Below, piece after piece: positions 1 through 9,986 of a stretch of DNA of 64,000 nucleotides. The translations under genes and the position numbers were made by a program. Below the pieces are notes generated by a model that had not been told where the DNA came from, searched no databases, and saw nothing but the letters and a program-made list of their open reading frames with translations. Each line of letters opens with the position of its first letter. The stretch's first letter is position 1. This stretch comes from a virus, in IMG/VR virus record IMGVR_UViG_3300023184_000079, positions 17,645 through 81,644 of that record; one strand, 5' to 3'.

Positions 1-1253
1 TCAACAGTGGCTACCAAAGGATTTGTTGCCGACACCATATAGTTTGTGTATGACAACTCACGCCCAGCATCCCACTCATTTGGCGTGTTCATGTCTGTAA
101 GAATTCTTGTATCAAGACGATCATAGGCTAGCGTCCCCTGATTGGACGCAAGACGAACAGAATTGCTAGTGAATGCGTAAAAGCCAGAACCACCAAGCCC
201 GGTGATAACCGGGGGTTGACCCCCATAGGGGTAGTAATTAGGGTTATTTCCCTGTAGAGCGGTTGCTGGCGGAAGGTTATTACCCTCGCCATCCTTTAGT
301 GGGGCTCTTCCGCCACTGGTGTCTTTTTTGCGAATGTTGTGGATATGGTTATCGTCTGCGACAAGGATATTTCCTGTTGAGCCTCCTACTTTGCCTGTTC
401 CTTTTTTTACGATTTGATTATACTTGTTATCAGGCGCGGCCATATCAACTGAATCGGCAGAGGTACCATAATGCGAGTGATTTGGTATCAGATGCTGATG
501 GTTCATGCCGTGCTGATGGGGGTTCAGGATATGCTTGTGATTAGTGATGCTATGGACGTGAGGCATCGCGTGGCTGTGGGACGGAATAAGAAGAGCCGAA
601 CCAGCCCCGTGATGGTGTGTTATGTCGCGAATGACATTCGTACCAGACTTGGCCGTGCCAATTGCTGTCTCTTTCCCGGAGTCGTAGCCAACACCGGGGG
701 CATAACTAGGGCCGTCTTGCGGCTCGGCTTGGCCGTCATCAATGTTATTGTAATCAGTAATTGCATCAGCACCCTGAGTGTTCTGGGCACCGACAACAGT
801 CTTGTTGCGAAGATCAGGAACAACAATTGGCTGTGTAAAACCATACGAATGGTCGGCAATCTCACTTCCGTCGCAGACGACCCAACCATTTGGCGGCTGA
901 AGATTGGCAACTGGACGCCACCACGCAACAATTGTTCCAAGTGGAACGTCATTGAAGTTTAGGCCAGAGATAACATTGTAGAGATTCTTTCCAGATTTCT
1001 GCTCAGGATAGTTTCCGTAGCCACCGCCGGGAACACGCTCCTTATCGGACCAGCCGTAGGGTTTGCTTGCACCGCCGATCCATTGGGATTCAACGCCAGT
1101 TGGATACTGTGTTGCGCTGCTTTGTCCGGGTCCTCCGTCCGGGCCACCAATTATCTCATCGATTTTGTCCCAGTTGTAAGAAAGATCGTTGTGGCTGTAT
1201 TGGTCTGTTCCCAGATCCCATATGCGAAATCTTCCTAAAAGAGATTTTCGCAT
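1..1253 (-). CDS. Tail-collar domain / tail fibre protein (runs off window start)
   Basis: Absent from the ORF track, consistent with having no stop in the window. Manual translation from ATG 1253: MRKSLLGRFRIWDLG...DVPLGTIVAWWRP...PPNGWVVCDG...VPDLRNKTVVGA, a tail-collar signature. Confidence 0.8.
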   Translation of the reverse strand, partial: MRKSLLGRFRIWDLGTDQYSHNDLSYNWDKIDEIIGGPDGGPGQSSATQYPTGVESQWIGGASKPYGWSDKERVPGGGYGNYPEQKSGKNLYNVISGLNFNDVPLGTIVAWWRPVANLQPPNGWVVCDGSEIADHSYGFTQPIVVPDLRNKTVVGAQNTQGADAITDYNNIDDGQAEPQDGPSYAPGVGYDSGKETAIGTAKSGTNVIRDITHHHGAGSALLIPSHSHAMPHVHSITNHKHILNPHQHGMNHQHLIPNHSHYGTSADSVDMAAPDNKYNQIVKKGTGKVGGSTGNILVADDNHIHNIRKKDTSGGRAPLKDGEGNNLPPATALQGNNPNYYPYGGQPPVITGLGGSGFYAFTSNSVRLASNQGTLAYDRLDTRILTDMNTPNEWDAGRELSYTNYMVSATNPLVATV

Positions 1254-1256
1254 TTA

Positions 1257-3617
1257 TTAAGCCCCAAACAAGAAGTAGTCGTCGTCTTCAAATCCCATTT
1301 CCTCGGGATAATGTGTGCCCTCTAAGTCAAGTTTGTCTAGATTGCGAGCGACGCCACCTTCATTAATAAAATGTTTTTGTTCATGAGGTTGGTAATCGTA
1401 ACCTGCAGTTTTGTTGGGCTTCTTGCTTTTCGGAGATTTCGGAGGCTGGGGGCTTTGCATTCTGCGGGAACCAATTTCGACATCCTGACCCTGCGCTTGC
1501 TGTTCAAGAATACGCACCTGCCTACGGATCCACTTCTCGCTATTTATTAGGGAGCGAGGGTCAGACGGTGTTGCAGAAAAGTTTCCGACTTTCACTCCAT
1601 TCCAATAAACGGTATAATGACCCGTTCCACCCAGAGTTACAATAAACTTTTCGCTCTCTAGGCGATCCTTGAGCGCTTTCACATCTCTGTTGGACACAGA
1701 GTAGTAATGGTCCTCAAGGCTTGCCTTACGCCCGCCGCTTAAATCTGTTGTACCCACGCCGTCTTGATGCCCCGGGCCTGCGTCATCCATTGTTTCAGGA
1801 GTTCCTGCTAGGGCGTCGTGCTCATCACCGCCGATTTCATTGGGGTTGAGTTTATCAACCTTTTCAATGTTTAAATCTTGAACCATAATGTCTTTAAGCG
1901 AGATGATATAGGGATGACCATCGTCATCGGGGAAAGCGGAATCGACACGGGTGACTTCGATGTATTGTGGATTGATTTCTTCGACCTTAATAACCTCGGG
2001 AAGTTCACCCTCGGGACCAATCTTGTAGACGCTACCGATTTCTAACTCGTCTCCTTCGGAATCCTGAATGCGGTCGCCATCGGCAGAACCCTCTTCATAA
2101 TCGTCTTCGCCCGGATATTCGTAAAATCGAACATCCTCACCCTCATCCTCGCTAGTTGCAGTAATAATCCAATTACGACTGCTTGCCATGACAAGATCCC
2201 CGGCAGGAGCAGACTCGTACGAACCGTTATCTACTGCGGAACCATAATCCGCATAATTCTCAGCCGGTAGGTAATCGTTATACGAAGGAGAGGAATCACC
2301 GGTATTGGTCATGTTATCGGTTTTAACAACAGTCTCTTCCTGAGGAGTTTCGTAGTCTTCGTAGAATTCTTCTATCTCAGGTTGTTCAAACTCAACCTCT
2401 TGTGTCTCCTCCATGACGGGATTCTGCGCTTGTTCAAAAGCCTTCTGCTCTTCGCGCTGTTGCTTGCGCTCTTCTGTTTCGCGTGCTTTTGTATCCCAAT
2501 ATTCGTTCAGGACCATCTCGGGTTTAAAGCGGCATTTAGTGCCCTCTGCTTCGCCCCAGCCGCCCTTGCAGGAGTTCTGAGTGTAAAGATGCTGGGACAA
2601 CGCACTGAGCGCAGAGCCGGGGTCATGGAGCGCTACAGCGTAGTCAACGAGATCAGCGTGATATGGGCACATTTTTGGCTTGCGAGCAGCCACGACTCTT
2701 AGCGTTTTGGTGATCTTGGGATACACGGGGAAGTTCAGTGTCTGGGGAACAGTGCTTGTTGGAGCCTGAGAAGGTTGTGCCGCAGGGGCTGGCTGCTGTG
2801 TAGGCTGATTTGTGGCCTCAATGGAGACAACAGGGCAGTCTGGAAGCGCCGGTACGTTTGAACAGGCCTGCTGGCCAATCACCACTGGTCGGTTGCACTT
2901 GCGACAGATGGCGCTATTGGGCTGGTCAGCGGCGACTTTCGATTCTTTTTTCTCTTTACCACTGGCCTCATCACGAGCCTTGGTGTATTCTTCGCCGAAA
3001 ACATTCTCAAAGAGTTCGTCAAGGGACTTGATTGCAGGGTTGTCTTCGCCGGAGTCTTCTTTGTCAGCAAACTCAATCATTGCAGGAATGCCTTCAGAGA
3101 TAAGTTCGGAAACGAGTTCCATTGCGCTGTCAATATCGTCTGCCTCTACATGATCGTGAATAACGCTGAGAGTGCCACCGATGTCGTTGACATCCTTTAG
3201 GTACTCATCGCCATCACCGTGTGTCATGTTATAATTGCCGGTGCCACCATTTTCGGGATGAGAGTTAATGCCATCAATTTCTATAGCAAAGGTGCCGGAA
3301 CTAGGTTCGGTAGTGCTTGTGTAATTGAATGGCGACTGATATGCGGGAACACCATCTGCATAATTTGTAGAACTCTCGTCGCCGGTCAATGCGTCTCCGA
3401 CGTCCTCGCCGCCCTTAAAGACGGCTTGACCAATAGCCCCTCTTGCGCCGAACCCAAGTGCTTTGCCTGCGAGACCGCCTAGACCGCCAGCGGCTGCCGC
3501 ACCTTCACCCGCAGCAGCAGCACCGGCACCAATACCGAGCGCCTCGGCAATTGGCGCGGCCAATGCAAGTAGCGGTGCAAAAGAAACTTTTTGGTTGGCC
3601 TGTCTCGCATTGTTCAT
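1257..3617 (-). CDS. Large acidic multi-domain protein, probably virion-associated; Zn-finger-like Cys motifs and a HicA-like segment
   Basis: 786-aa ORF with a Gly/Ala-rich N-terminus, CRKC..C..C and CPYH..C..C motifs, and GGTGHYTVY..ATPSDPRSLIN near the C-terminus. In frame with the upstream ORF across a single TAG. Confidence 0.6.
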   Translation of the reverse strand: MNNARQANQKVSFAPLLALAAPIAEALGIGAGAAAAGEGAAAAGGLGGLAGKALGFGARGAIGQAVFKGGEDVGDALTGDESSTNYADGVPAYQSPFNYTSTTEPSSGTFAIEIDGINSHPENGGTGNYNMTHGDGDEYLKDVNDIGGTLSVIHDHVEADDIDSAMELVSELISEGIPAMIEFADKEDSGEDNPAIKSLDELFENVFGEEYTKARDEASGKEKKESKVAADQPNSAICRKCNRPVVIGQQACSNVPALPDCPVVSIEATNQPTQQPAPAAQPSQAPTSTVPQTLNFPVYPKITKTLRVVAARKPKMCPYHADLVDYAVALHDPGSALSALSQHLYTQNSCKGGWGEAEGTKCRFKPEMVLNEYWDTKARETEERKQQREEQKAFEQAQNPVMEETQEVEFEQPEIEEFYEDYETPQEETVVKTDNMTNTGDSSPSYNDYLPAENYADYGSAVDNGSYESAPAGDLVMASSRNWIITATSEDEGEDVRFYEYPGEDDYEEGSADGDRIQDSEGDELEIGSVYKIGPEGELPEVIKVEEINPQYIEVTRVDSAFPDDDGHPYIISLKDIMVQDLNIEKVDKLNPNEIGGDEHDALAGTPETMDDAGPGHQDGVGTTDLSGGRKASLEDHYYSVSNRDVKALKDRLESEKFIVTLGGTGHYTVYWNGVKVGNFSATPSDPRSLINSEKWIRRQVRILEQQAQGQDVEIGSRRMQSPQPPKSPKSKKPNKTAGYDYQPHEQKHFINEGGVARNLDKLDLEGTHYPEEMGFEDDDYFLFGA

Positions 3618-3821
3618 TGGCGCGTGGTCTTTAATGTACTCTTCGGGGCTTATGCCATTCTTTTCTTTGCAACAGCCATAGCAGACGCCCTCAACTAGGG
3701 GATCGCCACAGTCTTCACAGACGAGGTTGTTGGCATAATGACGATCTTCCCACTCAGCCTGCTCACGAACGTGAGAGTGCTGGGGGAGTCGTGAGCGCTC
3801 GTTGTACTGACCCGATGGGAA

Positions 3822-4343
3822 CTATCTATCTGTTTTCTCTGGATCGGGTTCGGCTGTTTCTGCGCGTTCCATAAACGATTCAAGATCATGTGGGACTGGC
3901 GGCATCTGGACCACATCCTCTGCATCATCCACGAACTTTTGCTCGGGGTTGCCTTCTTCGTCTTTACGATTGTTATAAAGTTCTTTCTCAACGTGACGGA
4001 CTACGGAGTTGCCACCGATGTCTGAGCGCATATGCTCGTCGTCATAATCTTCGCCCTCAGAAACTTCGTGAGGCGCGCCGGTCTCCCAATATTGTCGGGA
4101 GAGGCTTACAACGTCCCAGCCACTTTCTTTATTAAAAACAATAGTCTCATCCTTGTGGCAATTAGCCAGACGATATTGAGCAACATCGGGTTCTGGGCTG
4201 ATCGCCGATTCCCAATTGACAACGGCGGTCTTAACGACGCGGCCGTCTTCAAACTCTACGGTGTACTCTTTTGACTCCTTATTGAAGTCCAAAATGATTC
4301 CGGGTACGGCACCGGCAAAAACGGTCAGGCCAAGATGATTCAT
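3822..4343 (-). CDS. Hypothetical protein (possibly the N-terminal part of a readthrough product with 1257..3617)
   Basis: 173-aa ORF ending in TAG; the same frame continues open into the next ORF. Confidence 0.6.
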   Translation of the reverse strand: MNHLGLTVFAGAVPGIILDFNKESKEYTVEFEDGRVVKTAVVNWESAISPEPDVAQYRLANCHKDETIVFNKESGWDVVSLSRQYWETGAPHEVSEGEDYDDEHMRSDIGGNSVVRHVEKELYNNRKDEEGNPEQKFVDDAEDVVQMPPVPHDLESFMERAETAEPDPEKTDR

Positions 4344-4384
4344 ATCAGTAATTAATTGTCAGGGAGAGGGTTGTTTTATACGTT

Positions 4385-5056
4385 CTAGATTTTTATTATG
4401 TGCCATATTTCTATATATGGCGGGTCGGTTGTTGATGGCGAAGCGCTTGAATATGGAACTGTTTGGCTATGAGAGTGACCGTGAACATTGGAAGCAATCT
4501 CTGTTCTTGCTGTAAGAACGTGAGAATGATTATTTCCTGAACCATATTGAAAATCAATAGCAACGGAATGTTGGTGGGTAGATCCGATAACAGATTGGGT
4601 GCCGCTGGTTACGACCGCCGAAAAGTTTGTATCGGAGTTTCCTGTACTGTTGATGTACGCCCAATGGCCACCAGCATAAGTTTCGGCTGTCGTCGCCGTC
4701 GCGGCATTATAGGAATGAGTGTGGTTTGCGTTGGGTAGATTTCCACTAATTGCAAAATTGGGGGAGTGCGTATGATTTCTCAGATCTGTACTCGGCAAAG
4801 AATAGGATGCCCCTCCCGCACTACCGCTGCCCGAGGATTTAAGATATCTTCCACCATAAGTAGAAGTTTGCCCCGGTAGACGGAAATTTCCCGCGCCTTC
4901 TCCGCTAGTATTGTATGTCGTTCCTATCGCCACAAAAAGGGCGGGGTAGGTGGTATAAGACACAGGGAGTCCATTGCAATAAAGCCAGCCGGGGGGCGGT
5001 GTGCTATTTGCGCCTCCCAAATAGGGGACTATTGTTCCTGAGGGGATATTTGTCAT
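4385..5056 (-). CDS. Tail-collar domain protein with HxH repeats
   Basis: IPSGTIVPY..PPPGWLYCNG..YPALFVAIGTTY..FRLP, followed by multiple HTH/HSH/HQH motifs. Confidence 0.85.
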   Translation of the reverse strand: MTNIPSGTIVPYLGGANSTPPPGWLYCNGLPVSYTTYPALFVAIGTTYNTSGEGAGNFRLPGQTSTYGGRYLKSSGSGSAGGASYSLPSTDLRNHTHSPNFAISGNLPNANHTHSYNAATATTAETYAGGHWAYINSTGNSDTNFSAVVTSGTQSVIGSTHQHSVAIDFQYGSGNNHSHVLTARTEIASNVHGHSHSQTVPYSSASPSTTDPPYIEIWHIIKI

Positions 5057-5751
5057 GTTTTTATTAGAAATCCTACGACTATTGCTGGTAGATCATTTGA
5101 TCCGGAAAAGTTTGAGGTTGGGTTTGTAACGTTTGTCGATGTATGAGCATGTGCGCCCGAGGTATTCATCCAACCAAATTCGGAAATGCTATGACTATGA
5201 TTGCCAGAATTGTAGTATGTATTTACCGCCGCAAAAGAATGCGAGTGACTACTGCTGTTTGCACCACCCGCAGTGCTGATAGTTCCTGAAGTTGCTTTAA
5301 TATTCGGATTTTGTGACGTGTTTCCTCCGATGTTTCCAGAATTCGTGCCGTGGCTGTGATCTCCAGAAGCATTCATCCACCCGGCGTAGCCATTGTCGTA
5401 GTTAGGAGACCCATGGTAATGCGTTCCAGTGCTTGCGGAAGAGTATGCAAGATCTGATGTTGCGCTGTGTGTATGGTTTGAGGCTCCCCCACTGCCTAAA
5501 GAGGAAGTTGTTCCCAAAGGAGTGTACCCAGATCCGAAATGAGGCAGAGCGAAATAACCGCTTGGCACTGCCGAACTGTTTATTGCTAGATACGCAGAGT
5601 CATATGCTCCGGCTATTACAGCCGAAAGTTCTGGGTAGAGCGATGTTTGTTTTGTGGTTCCATCACAAGCAAGCCAGCCAGAGGGTATGGTAGAAGACAA
5701 ATTCGGCAATATCATTCCGGTCTTAATTCCATGAAAGGGAATCTCAGCCAT
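5053..5751 (-). CDS. Tail-collar domain protein with HxH repeats
   Basis: TGMILP..IPSGWLACDG..YPELSAVI..FALP, many HxH motifs, C-terminal VGFLIKT. Confidence 0.85.
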   Translation of the reverse strand: MAEIPFHGIKTGMILPNLSSTIPSGWLACDGTTKQTSLYPELSAVIAGAYDSAYLAINSSAVPSGYFALPHFGSGYTPLGTTSSLGSGGASNHTHSATSDLAYSSASTGTHYHGSPNYDNGYAGWMNASGDHSHGTNSGNIGGNTSQNPNIKATSGTISTAGGANSSSHSHSFAAVNTYYNSGNHSHSISEFGWMNTSGAHAHTSTNVTNPTSNFSGSNDLPAIVVGFLIKT

Positions 5752-6487
5752 TTGTCACCCCCGCATATACGATATATTTTACTTTTGTGTGCGGAGGAAG
5801 GTGCGATGAAGAGTTTGAAGCGATTGTTCCCGAGGAGAACGACAACGTATGGTCGTGGGCCTCATAACCAAGGTACGTTGTGGTTTCCACTGACGTTGTG
5901 TTGCTATTGCTGGACCTAACAATAGTATGACCATGATTGGCTGATGTCGTATTATACGTTGCGGTATGTGCGTGTGGAGAATAAGTCGTAGCAAGATCGT
6001 CAGGAGCGCCCTTATAGTTGCCGCTGCCGGTTCTGTATACGTTCGCCACCCCGCCGCCGCCTGACGCTGCGGAAGCGCTGTGAGTATGGGCGTGCTCTGC
6101 AACTGCTGGATAATTAACATTGTGATTATGCGCCGATTCGGAATTTGAAGACCAAGAATTAGTGTTGGTGGTCAAATTGTGGCTGTGTGTGTTTCCGCCC
6201 CCGGTGGTTGCAGAAGATCTGCTTGTCCCCATACGAAGGAACTTCCCGTCAAAGGATGGAAGCACAAACTGACTGCCCGAATTTGCACCAAAAGGAAACG
6301 CAGTGGCCTCGGCAGTAATCACCGAATAAAGGCGGCCGTAGGTGTTGATCGATTTCAAAGAGCCATCGCAAAGGAGCCAACCGGTAGGTATCGTTGCCCC
6401 CGGCCAAGCCATGACGGTTCCAATTGGAAAAGCAAAAACTGGCTTCCTCTTGTTTGCGTAGATCTTATTTCTTGTCGTTATAAACAT
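5744..6487 (-). CDS. Tail-collar domain protein with HxH repeats
   Basis: FPIGTVMAWPG..IPTGWLLCDG..YGRLYSVI..FVLPSFDGKFLRMG, HxH repeats, C-terminal PPHTKVKYIV. Confidence 0.85.
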   Translation of the reverse strand: MFITTRNKIYANKRKPVFAFPIGTVMAWPGATIPTGWLLCDGSLKSINTYGRLYSVITAEATAFPFGANSGSQFVLPSFDGKFLRMGTSRSSATTGGGNTHSHNLTTNTNSWSSNSESAHNHNVNYPAVAEHAHTHSASAASGGGGVANVYRTGSGNYKGAPDDLATTYSPHAHTATYNTTSANHGHTIVRSSNSNTTSVETTTYLGYEAHDHTLSFSSGTIASNSSSHLPPHTKVKYIVYAGVTNG

Positions 6488-6490
6488 GAT

Positions 6491-8404
6491 CTACACCAAG
6501 AAGTCGCCGATAGCAACCCACGTTTCTGGAGAACTTTTAATACAGACAAGAGTAGCCGTTGAATACTGGGCGCGCAATACGAAAGGTGCACTTCCGTCGC
6601 TGCTGACAATAGTCACACCGGACGCGGCGATTGTTACAGCACCCGCTCCTGTTTGAAGCAATTGAATCTGCGAGCCAAGAGCGAACACACCGGACGGAAT
6701 GTTTACCGTTACAGGGGAGGAACTATTGACGGTGTTTATCTTGTTGTCTTCTGCTCCTGCGGCTAATGTCGTGGGGGAGGTTGTGATCTCCGAGAAGGAC
6801 AGGTTCTTGATATCGCTGCCAAGTTTGGAATACGAAATACTTCCGGCAAGATCGGTGTTTGTAACGCTACCAGAAAGATTAAGTTTAGAATAGGCAATGG
6901 CCGCGCCCGACGCTACGTCGGCATTAGCAATGCTAGTGGCAAGATTTAACTTGCTATAGGCAATAGCCGCGCCAGAGGCAACGTCGGCATTTACGATGCT
7001 GGTTGCCAGATTGAGTTTGGAATAGGCAATCGCTGCGCCAGATGCTACGTCAGCATTAACAATGCTTGTGGCGAGATTAAGTTTGCTATATAAAATCGCA
7101 GCGCCAGAGGCAACGTCGGCGTTGACAACTCCACCCGTTAGATTGAGTTTGCTATATACGATTGCCGCGCTTACGGAAACGTCAGCGTTAACAACACCAC
7201 CCGATAGGTTTAGTTTTGCATAGCCTATAGAACTGTCGGTGATGCCGTGGGCGTGATCTGCACGGGCAAGGCGAGTGCTTGTACCTACGGCGGCGGTTCC
7301 AATAGCGGCTGGAGTAGCGGCTGCGGCCTGTCCAAGGACAAATGCAGTGGTGGCTATCTGTGTTGTGTTTGTATCAACCGCTGCCGTGGTTGCCAACGGT
7401 GCTCCGGTAAGAGACGGGCTTGCAAGGGTGGCGTATGCCTGAGCCTTAACAAAGGCGGTTGTAGCAACCTTTGTGGAACTGTCTGCGGTCAGGGCGGTTG
7501 TGGTTGTCGGGGCACCCGGCAAGGCAACGTCTGACTTGATTGTTGGTGCCGGATAAGTACCAGCAAGATCACCAGACGCAGGACCCGTAGGAGCGCGGGA
7601 ATCGGTAAGCGCAGCGTTGTCTGTGTAAACGGGTGTCTTGCCGTTTACGGTTAGCGTAGACGAGATCGCAAGACTTCCAGTTAGGGTTAATGCGGCCGAG
7701 CCTGAACGGGCGAGAGTAGCATCAATAGAGCCAGAGCCAGACGACCAGCCGAGAGAGCCTGCAGAGTTTATGCGGAAACGGTATTGGCTTTCTGACGCAA
7801 TAGAAACAGATAGGGCATTTGCCGAGTCATTTGTTGCACGACCAATGTCAACGGCACCAGCGCTATTGATACGAGCGCCGGAGCCCGAATAAGCAGAGGG
7901 GTTAGATCCGACAAGAACATCATTATCTGATCGAAGAAGTCCAGCCGAACCGCGATACAGGTTGGCATCGGTAGAGGAACTACCGCCAACGCCCCAACTC
8001 AATTCACCAGTTTTGCTTACTCTGAAAGAGGGTTGGGCATCTGCAACGGCGAGATAACTTCCAAATACATTTGTAGCGGCTGTCGCTGCAATTTCCCCAG
8101 ACGTAACCTTGCCGCTGGCCGCAACCTTAAACAGTTCGCTTGAAGAACTGCTGACCTTAAATAGGTCTGCGGTCTGACTCACAAGACCTTGGACTGCTAA
8201 AGGAGTTGTGCTTGTAGATGCAGAAAGCGAGAATAGGGCCGCACCGGCCTGACCCCGGAGAACGTTCTGTATCTTGATAACCTCATCCCAAAGGGGGGCA
8301 ACATGTGAATACAGAATATCCTGACCATTCAGGATTGTATCGGGCTTTAGTGTGGTGGACCCGGGGAAGTATGGCGTATACGGATCCGCAGGCGTATACG
8401 TCAT
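6491..8404 (-). CDS. Tail fibre protein
   Basis: 637 aa, Ala/Ser/Thr-rich; GPASGDLAGTYPAP, ATTAFV repeats, ARADHAH, 22-aa tandem repeats and C-terminal LRAQYS..WVAIGD typical of phage fibres. Confidence 0.85.
   Translation of the reverse strand: MTYTPADPYTPYFPGSTTLKPDTILNGQDILYSHVAPLWDEVIKIQNVLRGQAGAALFSLSASTSTTPLAVQGLVSQTADLFKVSSSSSELFKVAASGKVTSGEIAATAATNVFGSYLAVADAQPSFRVSKTGELSWGVGGSSSTDANLYRGSAGLLRSDNDVLVGSNPSAYSGSGARINSAGAVDIGRATNDSANALSVSIASESQYRFRINSAGSLGWSSGSGSIDATLARSGSAALTLTGSLAISSTLTVNGKTPVYTDNAALTDSRAPTGPASGDLAGTYPAPTIKSDVALPGAPTTTTALTADSSTKVATTAFVKAQAYATLASPSLTGAPLATTAAVDTNTTQIATTAFVLGQAAAATPAAIGTAAVGTSTRLARADHAHGITDSSIGYAKLNLSGGVVNADVSVSAAIVYSKLNLTGGVVNADVASGAAILYSKLNLATSIVNADVASGAAIAYSKLNLATSIVNADVASGAAIAYSKLNLATSIANADVASGAAIAYSKLNLSGSVTNTDLAGSISYSKLGSDIKNLSFSEITTSPTTLAAGAEDNKINTVNSSSPVTVNIPSGVFALGSQIQLLQTGAGAVTIAASGVTIVSSDGSAPFVLRAQYSTATLVCIKSSPETWVAIGDFLV
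6822..7225 (-). repeat. About six tandem 66-bp / 22-aa repeats (IAYSKLNLATSIVNADVASGAA) in the tail fibre
   Basis: Seen directly in the translation; DNA copies differ at synonymous sites. Confidence 0.9.
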
Positions 8405-8407
8405 GGG

Positions 8408-8824
8408 TTACCCTACGACTTCTACAACCGCTGTCGCCGTGACATCATTGGTGCTGGTTAGGCGCAAGAAGTTTGGCGTGTAAGGAGAGAGTTCAATCGT
8501 CGCTTTTCCGGCAGCGCTGAACGTAACCTCGGGGCCACTTCCCCATCCGCCGGTAAACGTGTAGTAGGGATGAGCGTCTTGATGACCGGGGTTATAGTTT
8601 CTACCGGCGGAACGATTTGCAGCGTAAGCGGCTTCAACCTTAATCGTTGTTGCGTCATCAACTTCAATATGAACAGCAACATTTATTTGCGCACCAACAA
8701 CAGCATAAGAGGAAGCGCCATATACGTCGTTCGGACCAGTCGGACCAGTCGGACCAGTCGGACCATACGCCCCTGTGGATTCGTTGTTCCAGATTACTTG
8801 GACGCCACGATTAAGAACAGCCAT
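8408..8824 (-). CDS. Putative virion structural protein with a short collagen-like GPT repeat
   Basis: GPTGPTGPTGP; located in the tail module. Confidence 0.6.
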   Translation of the reverse strand: MAVLNRGVQVIWNNESTGAYGPTGPTGPTGPNDVYGASSYAVVGAQINVAVHIEVDDATTIKVEAAYAANRSAGRNYNPGHQDAHPYYTFTGGWGSGPEVTFSAAGKATIELSPYTPNFLRLTSTNDVTATAVVEVVG

Positions 8825-8825
8825 G

Positions 8826-9266
8826 CTAGTCTTCCGTAATTGATAGAGCGCCTACGGCGAACGAAGCGGTATCGCCTTCAGCAATTGTCTTAGGAGTTGT
8901 AAGATCACTCCAGTAGAGAATGTTGCCAGCGGTAGAAGCGTCTAGGATGGCAAACTGATTAATGGTTCCCCAACCACCCGCACCAGCGGTTGCAAACGTA
9001 ATGGCATTACCATTTGTCTTTGTGGCAACTGTGCTACCTGTAGCGTTAGGCCAGTTAGTGTCGTCGTTTGTTACAGACACACGAGCATATGATGTGCCGC
9101 TAACTTCGTTTGTTTGCACTGTGGCATCCGTTAACGATCCAGAGGTGGTCCACAAACCAACATAGACGGTTGTCATGGCAGAGCCAAAACCCGGAATCTG
9201 GCTGTCCTGACCAAGAACTGCGTCTAGCAGCAGTTTGGAAAGATAATTGCTTTTACTTCCCGCCAT
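8826..9266 (-). CDS. Minor tail / fibre-associated structural protein
   Basis: SNYL..YVGLWT..EVSGTSYARVSV..NGNAITFATA..WGTINQFAILDASTAGNILYW, a common phage tail-module family. Confidence 0.75.
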   Translation of the reverse strand: MAGSKSNYLSKLLLDAVLGQDSQIPGFGSAMTTVYVGLWTTSGSLTDATVQTNEVSGTSYARVSVTNDDTNWPNATGSTVATKTNGNAITFATAGAGGWGTINQFAILDASTAGNILYWSDLTTPKTIAEGDTASFAVGALSITED

Positions 9267-9441
9267 TTAGTTTTCTCCCTGAATTTCCCACTGTTGTTTA
9301 GTTTTATTCCATTCTATAACCGGGAGTTTCTGTATATCCTCGGCTGTTAAAGTTGAATGGATTGTAATATCTTCTGGCATCGCCCTTGTCAGTTGTCCAT
9401 CAAAGGCGCGAGGACCAGTGTACTTATTTTTTGTTGCCATT

Positions 9442-9939
9442 TTAGGTCTGGCGATAGGTGATTGTAATGCGCTCAGTGTCACCGTTTGAGAAGGTGCGTG
9501 TAGCCGCAAGATCTGCACCGAAGAGGCAGTCGTCGCCACCCTTGGTTACGGCTAGGCCGACAAACCAAAGTGTTGCGCCGTTCTGATTGGGCGAGCCAGT
9601 GAACGAGAATGTGACCTGCGGGGCAGTTGACTGATAAGAACCCGACGAGATCGTTGCTTGTGGCCAGCCAGTTCCGCCAGCGTCACGAGCGATTGGCTGA
9701 CGTGCATAGCCATTCGATGCAGCGGCCGAGGCGTGTGTGCCAAGTTCCGCAAGTTGTGAAGCAGGGTCTGGACCATTGACAACCGTCTTACTCGCACCGA
9801 CGCCGCCAGTTTTGCAGCCCATGCCGACATAAACGGTGGAGTCTGGAACCCACGGAATAGCGCTTGTACTTGTAGTAAAACCGCCTAGCCAAGTGTTGAT
9901 GAGACTCTGCTCACCTTTGGACCAAAGAATGTAAGCCAT
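9442..9939 (-). CDS. Minor tail protein, distant paralog of 8826..9266
   Basis: NGYARQPI..W..VTFSFT..LFGADLAATRTFSNGD; AGGAG Shine-Dalgarno upstream. Confidence 0.65.
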   Translation of the reverse strand: MAYILWSKGEQSLINTWLGGFTTSTSAIPWVPDSTVYVGMGCKTGGVGASKTVVNGPDPASQLAELGTHASAAASNGYARQPIARDAGGTGWPQATISSGSYQSTAPQVTFSFTGSPNQNGATLWFVGLAVTKGGDDCLFGADLAATRTFSNGDTERITITYRQT

Positions 9940-9986
9940 GTTATAAGATTTCTCCTAAAGTTCTTTCTCTATTTATATTGTGGAGT

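Noticed and set aside
4385-6487. Diversity-generating retroelement acting on tail-collar genes
   Set aside because: No reverse transcriptase and no TR/VR pair differing only at adenines was seen; the paralogs are diverged throughout.
5744-8404. Readthrough fusion of the tail fibre into the next collar gene (in frame across TAG-ATC-ATG)
   Set aside because: The fibre ends in a typical WxxxGD terminal motif and the next gene has its own start, so the in-frame spacing is probably coincidence.
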